Assembly (NCBI RefSeq): GCF_006345805.1
Contig: NC_043005.1
Location: forward strand, 84,568,001 to 84,632,000
Length of the DNA: 64,000 nt
DNA from: Octopus sinensis
Lineage: Eukaryota
Reading direction: 5' to 3'
Of the stretch, positions 12,456 through 25,432 are shown one piece after another; the stretch's first letter is position 1, and every line of letters starts with the position of its first letter. Under the pieces are notes generated by a model, which saw only the letters and a list, made by a program, of their open reading frames with translations, was not told the DNA's origin and made no database searches. The position numbers were made by a program, and so were the translations under genes.

Positions 12456-12833
12456 TAACAACAAACAAGATGAGGACAAATATCCATCAAATGTAAATAA
12501 TGTAATTAGTATTGAGTAGGTTTTCTTTCTTCTGTTTCCTATAAACATCACACTCAACCCATGTAGAGGTGCACACAAATAACCTGGTGCTCCGTCGGTT
12601 ATGTTGATGAGGTTTCCAGTTGATTCGATCAACAGAACAGCCTGCTCATGGATTAATGTCCAAGTGGATGAGTATTCCACAGGCACGTGCACCTTTAATG
12701 TAGTTCTCAGGGAGACTCAGCATGACACAGAATGTGACAAAGTTGGCCCTTTGAAATCCAGGCATTACACATTTTTGCCAGTTGTGTGAACTGGAGCAAT
12801 GTGAAATAAAGTGTCTTGCTGAAGGATGCAATG

Positions 12834-12956
12834 GCTTACGGCCATATCACGTTGAGAGCACCGGTTCTCTTCCGATCACCGAAGTTAAGCAACATCGAGC
12901 CTAGTTAGTACTTAGATGGGTGACCGCTTGGGAAAAAACCTAGGTGCTGTAAGCAT
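12834..12956 (+). pseudogene. Full-length 5S rRNA-derived sequence (retroposed)
   Basis: GCTTACGGCCATATCACGTTGAGAGCACCGGTTCTC...GAAGTTAAGC...GATGGGTGACCGC...GGTGCTGTAAGC; single copy with substitutions and a 2-nt expansion. Confidence 0.92.
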
Positions 12957-13030
12957 TCCCTTTTATAAATGGCGGTGCCCCAGCATGGCCACAGCTCGTG
13001 AGCTGAAACTAGATAAAATAAAAATAAATG
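12834..13030 (+). mobile_element. 5S-headed retroposon (SINE3-like or RT template-switch chimera)
   Basis: 5S followed by GGCGGTGCCCCAGCATGGCCACAGCTC tail and A-rich end; AATG at 12830-12833 and 13027-13030; splits a host SINE. Confidence 0.75.
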
Positions 13031-13661
13031 CACGACTGGGAATTGAACACAATGACTAATGAATGAGAATTGAATACTTTAAACACTAAAAAGCTGTGTC
13101 CCTTTACCCAAAGTGACATTCCATTGGCTATAATGACAAGGGTCCCGCTTGATCTAATCAATGGAACAGCTGGTGAAATTAACATGCCAAGTGGCTGAGT
13201 ACTCCTCAGACACGTAGTTCTTAGGGAGATTCAGTGTGATACACAATGTGACATGGCTGATCCTTTGAATTACAGGACCCACCACTACCACTTCTTGACA
13301 ACCGATGTTGGTGTGTTTATGTCCCTGTGACTTAGCACTTTGGCAAAAGGGACTGATAGAATAAGAACAAGGCTTACAAGGAATAAGTCCAGCGGGTCGA
13401 TTTCTTTGACTAAAAAGCAGTGCTCCAGCATGGCCACAGTCAAAATGTGCTCATTTTTGCCAGCTGAATGGACTGGAGCGATCTTATAAACAAAGTGTCT
13501 TGCTCAATGACACAATGCACAGCCAGCAATTGAACTCAGGACCTTATGATTGTAAGCCAAATACTCTTACCTCTAAGCCATACTAACATACTTTTGTCAT
13601 CGACACAAAGCTGTACACATGTGAGTGTGAGCGTGAGTGCGTGCTGTTTTATATATATATA

Positions 13662-13864
13662 TTTTTACTTGTTTCTGTCATTTTGACTGTAGCCATGCTG
13701 GAGCACTGCCTTTCAGTCGAAGAAATCAATTGCAGGACTCATTCTTCGTAAGTCTAGTACTTATTCTATTGGTCTCTTTTGCTTAACCGCTAAGGGGGAC
13801 GTAAACACACCGACACCGGTTGGTAAGCAATGGTGGGGAGGGGGACAAATACAGACACACAAAT

Positions 13865-13912
<48 letters not shown>

Positions 13913-14058
13913 TGGGCTTCTTTCAGTTTCCATCTACGAAATCCACTCACAAGGCTTTGGTTGGCCCAACCAATAGTGGAAGACACTTGCCGAAGATGCC
14001 ACGCAGTGTGATTGAACCCAGAACCATGTGGTTGGGGAGCGAGCTTCTTACTACACAT
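13662..14058 (-). mobile_element. OR-like tRNA SINE
   Basis: Same head, core, (CA)n and tail organisation as 7058-7432. Confidence 0.85.
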
Positions 14059-14566
14059 ATACACACATATATATATATATATATATATAGAAGATGGAAT
14101 AAATATCAAATTTTACCGAAATAAAAAAAATCAAGTACTGGGTTTATTTTGTTTGACTAAAATTCTTCAAGGTGGTGCCCCAGCATGGCCGCAGTCTAAC
14201 GACTGAAACGTGAAATTTATACATGCATATGACTATCAAATCCGCGCCATCATAAAGCATAAACATTAAATAATCACACATACAGAACAGGTGAGAGCTT
14301 GATATTCTCATCATAGAAAACATGTAGTAGCACTCATATGGTTTGAAACTGTATCCTCTTCTTAGTATTCTGTACTTTTTATGCTCAATGCAAATATATA
14401 TACAGGTGCAAATATGGCTGTGTGGTAAGAAGCTTGCTTCCCAACTACATGGTTCCGGGTTCAGTCCCACTGTGTGACATCTAAGGCAAGTGTCTTCTAC
14501 TATAGCCTTGGACCAACCAAAGCCTTATGAGTGGATTAGGTAGATGGAAACTGAAAGGAGCTTGTC

Positions 14567-14598
<32 letters not shown>

Positions 14599-14599
14599 A

Positions 14600-14930
14600 T
14601 AAATGCAAAATGGGACAAGAACGTAAAACATCCAGAAGATGATACAAAAAACACGAATGGGTCATTCGAAGCCTTTCATCTTCAGTCAAGAACCGGATCA
14701 TCCTCGCAATTTCGGCTGATTAATCTTGAGATTGCTCCAGTCTGGCCAGCCCCAAGGAAACACTAAGCCAATAGTATTATATTCCTTGGAAAAAATCTTT
14801 GAATGTATACGAAACAAGGACAGAAAAACGGACGATGTTACACGAATATAAATACAAAAATAATACAAAAAGACAATAATAATAATAAAAACAGGACATC
14901 ACAACAGGCGTCTTTGACTGGAGACGAATA
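14600..14930 (-). repeat. Unclassified dispersed repeat (possibly Penelope-related); second copy at 44540-44880 (+)
   Basis: Colinear match including GATCCGG..TGACTGAAGAT.AAAGGCTTCGAATGACCC and CGTCCGTTTTTCTGTCCTTGTTTCG. Confidence 0.7.
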
Positions 14931-14954
14931 TATATATATATACAGCACTTGACT

Positions 14955-15142
14955 GGCACCCATGCTGGTGTCATGTAAAAAGCACCCACTACACTCTCGG
15001 AGTGGTTGGCATAAGGAAGGGCATCCAGCTGTAGAAACCTTGGTGGATGAGATTGGAGCCTGGTGCAGCCTCTGGGCTTGCCAGTCCTCAGCCAAATCGT
15101 CCTACCCATGCCAGCATGGAAAGTGGATGTTAAACAATAATG
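14955..15142 (+). mobile_element. RTE-type 3' tail fragment
   Basis: Same tail motifs as 10165-10352. Confidence 0.78.
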
Positions 15143-15376
15143 ATGTGTGTATACATTTGTGTGTTTGTGTCTGTTTTTGTCCCCTCCCACCGTTGCTTGG
15201 TGTGCTTATTTACCCATAACTTAGTGCTTTGTCAAAAGAAACCAATAGAATACATACCATGCTTACAAAGAATAAGTCTTGGGGTCGATTTCTTCGACTA
15301 AAATGCAGTGCTCCAGCATGGCCTCAGTAAAAATAACTGAAGCAAGTACAAGAATAAAAGAATATATGTATATATA

Positions 15377-15860
15377 GGCAGAGGAGTGGCTGTGTGGTAA
15401 ATAGCTTGCTTACCAACCACATGGTCCCGTGTTCAGTTCCACTGCATGGCACCTTGGGCAAGTGTCTTCTACTATATCCTCAGCCGACCCAAAGCCTTGA
15501 TATATATATAATATATATATATATATGTATAGATATATTATATATATATGTATTATATATATATATATATAGTATTATATATATTATATATATATATATT
15601 ATATTATTATAATATATAATATATATATGTATTATATATATATATATATATGTATGTATTATGTGTGTGTGTATGTTTGAGTGTCTGTGTTTGTCCGCCC
15701 ACTGATGTCGGTGTGTTTATGTCCCCATAACATAGCAGTTCGGCAAAAGAGTCCAATAGGATAAGTACTAGGCTTACAAAGAATAAGTCCTGGGGTCAGT
15801 TTGTTCGACTAAAGGCGGTGCTCCAGCATGGCCACAGTCAAATGATTGAAACAAGAACAT
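15377..15860 (+). mobile_element. OR-like tRNA SINE with expanded internal (TA)n
   Basis: Head GAGTGGCTGTGTGGTAAATAGC...CACCTTGGGCAAGTG; tail GGCGGTGCTCCAGCATGGCC. Confidence 0.85.
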
Positions 15861-16119
15861 ATATATATATATAGCAGAACCTTGGAAGTAATAATTACTT
15901 AATGAGGGGTATTCCACTACCTGCTCATCCGGCTGAAGATACCTTAGTACATATGTATATGTATATATGTGATTATGTTTATGAATATTGGTAGTCATGT
16001 GTATCTACATATATCGATCTATATATATGTCAAGCCTACCTCTGTTTATATGCATCGTTATCTCTCTCTCTCACTACATATACAACTCTGATTGCGAATA
16101 AATTGCGCTTGATATATAT

Positions 16120-16150
<31 letters not shown>

Positions 16151-16379
16151 CCGGAATTAGTACACAAATATGAAACAAAGTGGAAAAAAAGAGTACTCAA
16201 ATACTAGAGGTAGAGTAATATGCTTTATTTAGAGATAGATATATATATATAAAGCACGATTTATTCTTGATCAGAGGTGTTCGTAAACTGGGATACTACT
16301 GTATTAAATGAATATGCAAAAGACAGGAGATACAGCACGATTTATTTGTGATCAGAGTTGTTTGAAAACCGTGGTTCTA

Positions 16380-16417
<38 letters not shown>

Positions 16418-17138
16418 TTACACACACACATGTATGTATGTATGTAGATAGTGTGTTTGAAAAGGTTAATCAAAAGCACTCACACACACACTAGAAAGAA
16501 AATTTGGCCCAAAAAGGTTAGTAACATCCAGATAAAAGATTTTATAACTTTTTTGAGAAAAATTCCCCTTATATTTAAAACTGTTCTAAGTAATTTTCAC
16601 AAACGCTTTTAAATATATATATACATACATATATATATATACATACATATATATATACAAACACACACTTGCACAATTTAGAATAGTAAAAATGTAAAGA
16701 TGCTCTTAAACTTTATTCAGTGTGTGTATGTATATATATATATATATAATATATATATATATATATTATATATATATGTATATACACACACTCACTATTT
16801 TGGAATAGTGAATCTTGAAGCAGATAAAGCTACAAATATAGAGTTAAGAAACTCATTTGAAGAGGAGAAAAAGTTGAAGGTTGTCAGTTCTCGAAGTTTT
16901 TTAATGTTTAACATACATCATGAAACAGTAACTTGCTCATGAGAGAGTGTATGTGTGAGTATACACACACACTCACACACATACAAGCAGATACACAAAT
17001 GTATACATAACACTTACATACACACAAATACACACACTCACACGTATATATAAATGTGAATAAAATCAGCTGCTTTTCTTATTTACTACCCTACCCTATC
17101 TCTTTATCACACACACACACACACACACTCACATACAC

Positions 17139-17298
17139 AGAATCCATAAGATTAAAGAACTTTTTATCAAGAAACCCCTTAAAATCTGAAGATGATATCT
17201 TTCTTAAAACTGTTTGTGAAGAAAGGAAAAAGAAAATGAAAACAAAAGATTATCAAAAAGATCTGAAGTTGAAAAACAAGAAGCTGGAAAGTTTCTGA
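17139..17298 (+). CDS. Low-confidence candidate terminal exon: SIRLKNFLSRNPLKSEDDIFLKTVCEERKKKMK...ESF*
   Basis: cacag| acceptor, phase 1, open purine-rich frame; AATAAA near 17435 and 17479. Confidence 0.25.
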
Positions 17299-18280
17299 CT
17301 TACTTTGAACATATTCTGTTCTTCGTTAGAGTTCTTGGATAACTGAACAGAATGGTACCAAAGCTGGAATTGTTTATCAAAGAAGTCTTATAACCAAAGG
17401 GGGTGGGCATAGAAGTCCAGGAGTTGACATTATATTAATAAATGGTGTTTTTGATCGTTTCTTTTTGTCAGTCGTTATTAATAAATCCAGGTGGTCTCTA
17501 ATCAAGCCAGCTCATAACCAGACACTCCAACTGTGACCATCCAATGGCATATTCTTGGTTTTTTTTAAGGATACATGATCTTATGTATTCTTCCTGGTTT
17601 AAGATGATGGTGGGTGTGATTTAAGGGCAATTTGGGTACTATTTTTAACAGACTAATGACTTGCTTTCTTTCTTTTTAGTCTACCAAAATCATTATTCGG
17701 CAACGTAGTATTTCTATGCTGATGATGATGGATGTCACATTAGCTTGTACCTCCTCATTCAGTCTGCAGCAGAAAAACCTCCCATATTTTACTTAGCCAT
17801 TGGTATGGCACTAGTAAAGCTAGACAAACAGTAACATAATCTTCGTGTAGCAAATGCCTTACCGTTTTTATATCCTTAGTCAATAATATGGTTTGGACCA
17901 GTATATATAATGTATTTGCCGTCGAAATGCTTATCAACTATGATGAATTTGAGAGGTATATTTCGGTTTAGTTACACACTGTTGTGTATTTTCACTGAAT
18001 TTATCCTTTCAGAATACTTGAATCTTTAACATAATCCAGTGTAATGATGTACTGCATAAGGTAGATACAACATTACAGGTACCTAACTAGTATATCCAAT
18101 TAGAGAGGCACTTTCTCACACAAGCAGTCTATCTAATTTCATTGATAAAGTTTAAGTCGATCTGTGATTAAAGTGCTAGATGTTACCTTAAAGGGCCACG
18201 CCTGTGAATTGAACCAAAAACCTCATAATTGCAAGGTAGAAAGAAATGAAGAAACACAAACTTGTCCACAGTCCAATATA

Positions 18281-18364
18281 TTAGATATTCTTAAAGATTT
18301 CTGGGACTGGGATAATGGTTATTGGAAAGGCAAGGTTAGCAAGTTTGAGTAAGTCTTTCAGAAT
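18281..18364 (-). CDS. Low-confidence candidate terminal exon: ILKDLLKLANLAFPITIIPVPEIFKNI*
   Basis: gctaacctcag| acceptor with branch-like CTAAC; only one long open frame; followed by ~800 bp of repeat-poor, UTR-like sequence. Confidence 0.25.
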   Translation of the reverse strand: MLKDLLKLANLAFPITIIPVPEIFKNI

Positions 18365-18754
18365 CTGAGGTTAGCATTTAAAAAGACTTGGTGGGTGGCG
18401 GGTAGTAGGTGGTGGTGGATGGTGGGAGGTGGTGGAAGTAGATTGGTGTAGGAATGGTATAGCAAAAATATAAACGTTTTTGTTAAAAAAAAAATGCCAT
18501 TCTTTAAAAAAAAAACTTTGGAAGAAACACAGAAATGTGTGGAATATTAAGACTGGGTTCATTGTGTTTATGGGTGAATGTGTGTGTGTTTGTGATTATA
18601 CAAGTAATTGTTTCTGTATGCATATTTATATATTTTCTCCTTTTTTAATTAATTTTAGTCATTGTGCTCTGGCCATGTTGGAGCACTGCTTAATATATAT
18701 AATAATTACATCAAACTCCAGTATTCTATATATATATATATATATATATATAGG

Positions 18755-18905
18755 GAGAGTTTATGAAAAAAACAACAAAAGACGAAGACAGGTGGTGAAC
18801 AAACAAACAGATGTATTAGTATAACGCCCAGGAATAGAAAAAGTCTTTTACGTTTCGAGCCTACGCTCTTCTACAGAAAGGGACACAGAAAAAACAAGGA
18901 GAGAA
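18755..18905 (-). mobile_element. Penelope-like pLTR fragment with hammerhead variant (18845-18880)
   Basis: CTTT-CTGTAGA-A-GAGC-GTAG-GCTC-GAAAC-GTA-AAAG; homologous to 53680-53860, 57131-57308 and 57621-57798. Confidence 0.7.
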
Positions 18906-19428
18906 TATATATATAATATATATATAATAATATAACACACACACACACACACACACAGAGTGAGAGAAGGAGAGATACACGCATGTACTTACATGTTTAT
19001 ATACATTCACACATGTATATATTTCGGCCATACACAAAACATGCGTACATGTATATCCAGTTAACTGTCCATCTACATAAAACGTGTGTATGTGTGTGTG
19101 TGTGTACACATATGTTCATAAATATATTTTCATGTTCACATTTTAAGGTGTGTATTTATATCGATCTATACATATAGAGTAGGAGCGAGAGAGAGAGAGA
19201 GATTTATAAATACACGCATACATGTTTGCGTATAGCCACATGTTCATATATAAATACATTCACGTATATGTATACACACACATTCATATACCATAGCCGC
19301 ACACATAACATATACGATCGCACACATACACACACAAATATATATACATATGTACACATGCACTCACAAAAAAACATCAATGTAATAGACTCAGCTCATA
19401 TTTATATTTGCAATTAAGATACACCATG

Positions 19429-19462
<34 letters not shown>

Positions 19463-19517
19463 TTGTGTACGCATGCACATGGAACATGCACCAGAATTTC
19501 CCTCCCTCCCACCTCTT

Positions 19518-19549
<32 letters not shown>

Positions 19550-19882
19550 CACACACACATATAAATATATACACACTAGAAATAGTAGCCAAATCTCCCT
19601 CGAATCATATCGTACCGCATTAAATACAGAAGGCTTCAAAAAAGACTGGATCGACACGGTTGGAAGATTTTGATCATACATAGCTGTATGCATATGTGTG
19701 TGTGTATGAGCAGGAGAGAGAGAGAGAGAGAGAACCAGGGAGAGAAAGAGGGGGAGAGAGAGATAAGAGAGAAAAGAAGAGGGTTTGCGATGGTACCCAG
19801 GTATATACACCCGTCAATGAATTCACAATATTACGAGGGTTTATATATATACATGTGTGTGAAGCACGTGTGTATACGTATA

Positions 19883-21975
19883 CATTTATATTGTACGTGT
19901 GTTCGTTCGTCTAACGAAGCATATGTAGATATACAGGTGGGCGTCATATATATATATGTATATGTTGTGTGTGTATATATATATATACATATGTATATAT
20001 ATATCTATATGTATACATATATATACGTATATATGTGTATATATCTATCTATATATATATGTATATACATATATATATATATGCGTATATATATATGCGT
20101 ATACACACACACAAACACACAGGTAAATAACAGATAAACATAAGATATTGTATTTGTAAGACAGGTACAAAAACTTATTGCTGAAAAAAAAAATAAGCTT
20201 CACTATGTGAAGTTGTGGCCTTCATTACATTCACACACACGAAATAGCTGAATGTGTTCCGACTGGAGACTTGAAACCGTGACGCCGACTTCAGTCTCTC
20301 GAAGGCTTACCACAACGCTGTTACACGCACGCGCACGCAGCGACTCAAGAAAGGCGGCAGTGGGGAGAGGTGGTGTGTGTGTGTGTGTGTTCTGCGACGT
20401 GGCTTTCAGTTTGCTGTAGAAATAGTAGTCAGATCTCTTTGGAATCGTATCCGACTTAATTTCAGTAAAGGAAACACAAAAAAGACAAGATGGTCACGGT
20501 TGGAAGCTGTTGATCGTGGGTAACCTGTGACTAGATAATACAGTACACTGTGTCTGTGTATGCATTGATACCCACATATATACACAACACATACATGCAC
20601 GCAAATATACACATACACACATGAATACACATACATACATACATACGTACATACATACATACAAGAAAAGCGAGGCGGGATAAGAGGTGGTGGTGATTTA
20701 ATGATTGCCCGGTCAGGCCAACAGAGTGATAAGGGAGTTCGAATTTCATTGGGGCGTTGTATGTTATAATTTCCCTTTCGTACCGTTGTTTACATATCAC
20801 AAACATACACTCTCTCTCTCTCGGGACCAGTCTACGATACTAGTACCATATATGGATGTATGTATATATACGTACACACNNNNNNNNNNNNNNNNNNNNN
20901 NNNNNNNNNNNNNNNNNNNNNNNNNNNNNNNNNNNNNNNNNNNNNNNNNNNNNNNNNNNNNNNNNNNNNNNNNNNNNNNAATTTATATTTACGTGTGTTC
21001 GTTCGTCTAACGAAGCATGTAGATATACAGGTGGGCGTCATATATATATATGTATATGTTTGTGTGTGTATATATATATATACATATGTATTATAATCTA
21101 TATGTATACATATATATACGTATATATGTGTATATATCTATCTATATATATATGTATATACATATATATATATATGCGTATATATATATGCGTATACACA
21201 CACACAAACACACAGGTAAATAACAGATAAACATAAGATATTGTATTTGTAAGACAGGTACAAAAACTTATTGCTGAAAAAAAAAATAAGCTTCACTATG
21301 TGAAGTTGTGGCCTTCATTACATTCACACACACGAAATAGCTGAATGTGTTCCGACTGGAGACTTGAAACCGTGACGCCGACTTCAGTCTCTCGAAGGCT
21401 TACCACAACGCTGTTACACGCACGCGCACGCAGCGACTCAAAGAAAGGCGGCAGTGGGGAGGGTGTGTGTGTGTGTGTGTTCTGCGACGTGGCTTTTCAG
21501 TTTGCTAGAAATAGTAGTCAGATCTCTTTGGAATCGTATCCGACTTAATTTCAGTAAAGGATAACAGAAAAAGACAAGATGGTCACGGTTGGAAGCTGTT
21601 GATCGTGGGTAACCTGTGACTAGATAATACAGTACACTGTGTCTGTGTATGCATTGATACCCACATATATACACAACACATACATGCACGCAAATATACA
21701 CATACACACATGAATACACATACATACATACATACATACATACGTACATACATACATACAAGAAAAGCGAGGCGGGATAAGAGGTGGTGGTGATTTAATG
21801 ATTGCCCGGTCAGGCCAACAGAGTGATAAGGGAGTTCGAATTTCATTGGGGCGTTGTATGTTATAATTTCCCTTTCGTACCGTTGTTTACATATCACAAA
21901 CATACACACTCTCTCTCTCGGGACCAGTCTACGATACTAGTACCATATATGTATGTATGTATATATACGTACACA
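19883..21975 (+). repeat. ~1-kb near-identical tandem duplication straddling an assembly gap
   Basis: 19883-20879 matches 20980-21975, differing mainly in microsatellite length. Confidence 0.9.
20880..20979. other. Assembly gap (100 N)
   Basis: Run of N. Confidence 1.
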
Positions 21976-23119
21976 CGCACACACATATATTTATCATACA
22001 GTTATACGTTATCTATTTATACACCCACTTCAGAGATATACGTACACACAGTTAAACATATTTATCTGTATACACACAAGTATCTTTTATTCCATCAATA
22101 TACATACATATGCATACATACATACAGTTTAAATGTATATAAGTGTACATAGATAGAAAAACAGGTGGATATATAGCTATACAGAACTAGGTGCACCTAT
22201 CTAGTCATATACACACAGTTATACATTCACACACACACACACACATATATATATGGATATATGGATATATATGGATATATATATACACAAGGGTGCCCCC
22301 CCACCAATTTTGTTTCCTCATAACTCATATAAATCTATATACACATAGAAAGTCTAGCAGTGTGTGTATGTGGTGGGGGTAAATCTATTTATCTCGGAAG
22401 AACATGATCTCACCCGTCGTTTGGCGACAGATGATGGTACCGCAGTTTCTAGTTGCACAACCTGCACAAACGATGTTGTTTTGTAATGATCAAATGTTTG
22501 AGTTTCAGAATAAGCTCATTCCTCTCCATTAAAATCGACAGTTATACCTGCACAGGTGTACACAGGTGTTACAAGTGCGATCACTTCGTCAGATGTCGAA
22601 ATGATTGGAGAGCAACGCGAAGTGAAGTGCTTCTTTTTCTTTCAAGACCACAACGCACTGCCCGGTCTGGGAATTGAAAACGCAATCTCAGGATCGTGAC
22701 TGCAATACCCTAACCACAAAGCCACGAACAACTAAATACAATTATACATATCTATTTATACAGGCACACAGTTATATAGACACACATGTCCGCATATGAC
22801 GAATGAAGAAAAAAAAAATAAAGGACTCGAAGAGAGGGAGACAGTGTTAACAAAAGTGCCATTAGCATAACGCTTACTCGTTATAAACACACGTACAAAA
22901 AAATAAACACAATATCTAACGAATTAATTGAAATGTTGTGTAGAAAGGGGTATGTGACGCCGGTAAGGGAGGGCTTGAGACAGGCACGTGTCGGGTAGCG
23001 TTTAGGACAAGTATAGGGACCTACTCCATCACTTATTCTACACCCTACCAAACAAAATGACAACAATTATGTATAGCTACCCACCCGGTTAACAACAAAG
23101 CTTGTATCTGTTCGCTAAC

Positions 23120-23475
23120 GGGGTGGTACCCAGGAACAAACTGCTGGGTGGACGACGTTATTGGGGGTTGAAGGTTTATTTATGTTAGCGAGTTCAAAGA
23201 AACGGGGTACCATTTAAGGTAAAGTACCAGTGATTACTTAGGACAAACAACTGAATGGACGACGTTATCAGCGGTACCTGGGACAAACTGCTGGGTGGAT
23301 GACGTTATTAAGGGTTGACAGTTTATGTCTGTACGTTTAAAGAAACGGGGTACTCTTTATAAGGTACCAGAGGTTAGTCAGGACCAATAGCTGGGTGGAA
23401 TATTTAAAAATCTCAAAGGGTCATACCATTGAGTTCGGGAAAACGGGGCACCCTTTAAAGTAAGGTATCAGTGTA
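23120..23475 (+). repeat. Degenerate ~100-150-bp tandem repeat
   Basis: Recurring GGAC(A)AA.TGCTGGGTGGA, GACGTTAT, AAACGGGG(T/C)AC and AAGGTA(C/T)CAG motifs. Confidence 0.7.
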
Positions 23476-23982
23476 GTTGATATATATATATATATATATA
23501 CATGTATGTATATATAGCAACTTTATATATACATCGATAATGTGTATATAAATTTATTAAACATGTATGTTTTCGTCTTAATTTTATATTAAGTAAGACG
23601 TAGGGTTTGACACTAGAGAAACCCTCGAGGCAAAAATTAAATCTTTTATTCGGTAAAACCAGACAAACTGACGTAGTTCATTATTTTTTTGCTTGCTGTT
23701 GTTTTGTTTAGACATTTACTTTCTGAGTTCGAATCCAGCTGGGGATGACTTGATTTTCTTTTTCCCCTCATTTCACCGAAACGCGATAAAATATTTTCAA
23801 AATAAAAACATCGAAACGAAAGAGAAATAAAAATCAATATATTTGGTTTGAAACAGCTCAATGAACCCCTAAACCCGACCCCATATTTCTGTCTTGTGTC
23901 ATTAATTAAGAAAAAAGGAATTAGTAGAAACAGTGTTATTATTTTGCTTTTGTAACGCTCATCTCTCTCTCTCTCCATATAT

Positions 23983-24032
<50 letters not shown>

Positions 24033-24339
24033 ATATATATATAATAATAAGGAGTTTCTGATTCTTTTTTCATATGTAGGGTAAGAGGAATATAGGGTGA
24101 TTATTATCATTCGATTAGTCCCCTACCCCCAAAACTTAAGGCCTTGTGCCTTTAGTAGAAAGGATTGTTATTAAAGGGGGTCAATTTAAACTTACCCCTC
24201 GCCTATATATACATCTCTATACCCATGCTTATATAATCAGGGGTTCGATTTAATTAGCTGTTACCATCCACCCCACCCAATCCTCAGGCAACTTAAGAAA
24301 TCATCCCCATCATCTCAGAAAATAAAATAAAAAAAAAAA

Positions 24340-25030
24340 AAACGGAAGAAATGCCGGCTAAGAATTTGGCGCGTCGGCTAAAATGCTTCGCGGCAGCATT
24401 TCTTCCATCTCTCTGCGTTCTGAGTTCGAATCCCGACGAGGTCAACTTTGCTTTTCGGCCATTCACGGTTCGAACAAATAAAGTACTGGAAGTCGATATA
24501 ATCGACTACCCCTTCCCCTCAAAAACACTGGCCTTGTTTCAATATTATCATTATTATTATTATTATTATTATTGAGCTGGCAGAATCGTTAGCACACCGA
24601 TTCTTAGCGGCATTTCGTCCGTCGCTGCGTTCTGAGTTCAAATTCTGCCGAGGTCGACTCTGCCTTTTAATCCTTTCGGGGTCGATGAAATAAGTACCAG
24701 TTGAACACTGAGATCGATATAATCGATTAGTCTCCTACCCCAAAATTTCAGGGTCTTGTGCCTTTAGTAAGAAGGGTCAATATTATTATTATTATTACAC
24801 TTTACCGTTCATCCTTTCGGGGTCCATGAAATAGTTAGCAGTCAAGTACTGGCGTCAATCTGTCTCATCCCCCAAAATTCTAGGCCTTGTGTTGATAATG
24901 GAATTGTATTGCCGAGGTCGACTTTGCCGTTCATCCTTTCAAGATCGATAAAATCAATACCAGCTAAGTACGGGGGTCGACATAAGCGATTCCCTCACTC
25001 CCCCAAATTTCAGGCCTTGTGCCTATAGAA
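24340..25030 (+). mobile_element. Cluster of OK-like SINE copies and fragments
   Basis: Repeated GAGGTCGACTTTGCC..TCATCCTTTC and CCCCAAAATT..AGG(C)CTTGTG motifs. Confidence 0.8.
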
Positions 25031-25398
25031 CAAATCATCACCGTCGTCATCATCATCTTTTTATTATTGTCGTTCCAATCACTTTTTCTTTTACACGATG
25101 TAAATATCTTCCAAATGTTTATTGCAGGGTTTCCCCCCACACCTCTGTGTATTTCGCCCTGGGCCTTGCAGATGGTGTGTGTATGTCAAATAAATGAAAC
25201 TGTCCATTAAAGAATAAATCAGAAAAAGAAAAGAAGAAACGAAAATATAATATAAGAAACCGGTTACAGTCGATGAAGTACCGGGTTCGAATTAGCTGCA
25301 CAGCTGTGTGTCCTCGTTCACTGAACCAAAACAACACTGGGTGGAAATTACGATGGAGCAATGAAGTAAAGTTCTAAGGAGATGGGGGAAGAGGCCCC

Positions 25399-25432
<34 letters not shown>

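Larger units (their letters stand above)
11543..12503 (+). mobile_element. Composite tRNA-headed SINE with Penelope-type hammerhead tail and 5' inverted tail copy
   Basis: Inverted tail 11543-11672, tRNA head ~11679-11746, (AAT)n linker, nested RTE insert, tail ~12386-12503; flanked by the exact 12-mer AATTAGTATTGA at 11531-11542 and 12504-12515. Confidence 0.8.

Noticed and set aside
12834-12956. Functional 5S rRNA gene
   Set aside because: Solitary, mutated, fused to a retroposon tail and inserted in a SINE
22944-23057. + frame GVCDAGKGGLETGTCRVAFRTSIGTYSITY resembling a filamin repeat
   Set aside because: Short, weak similarity; a strong donor lies early in it and no partner exons were found
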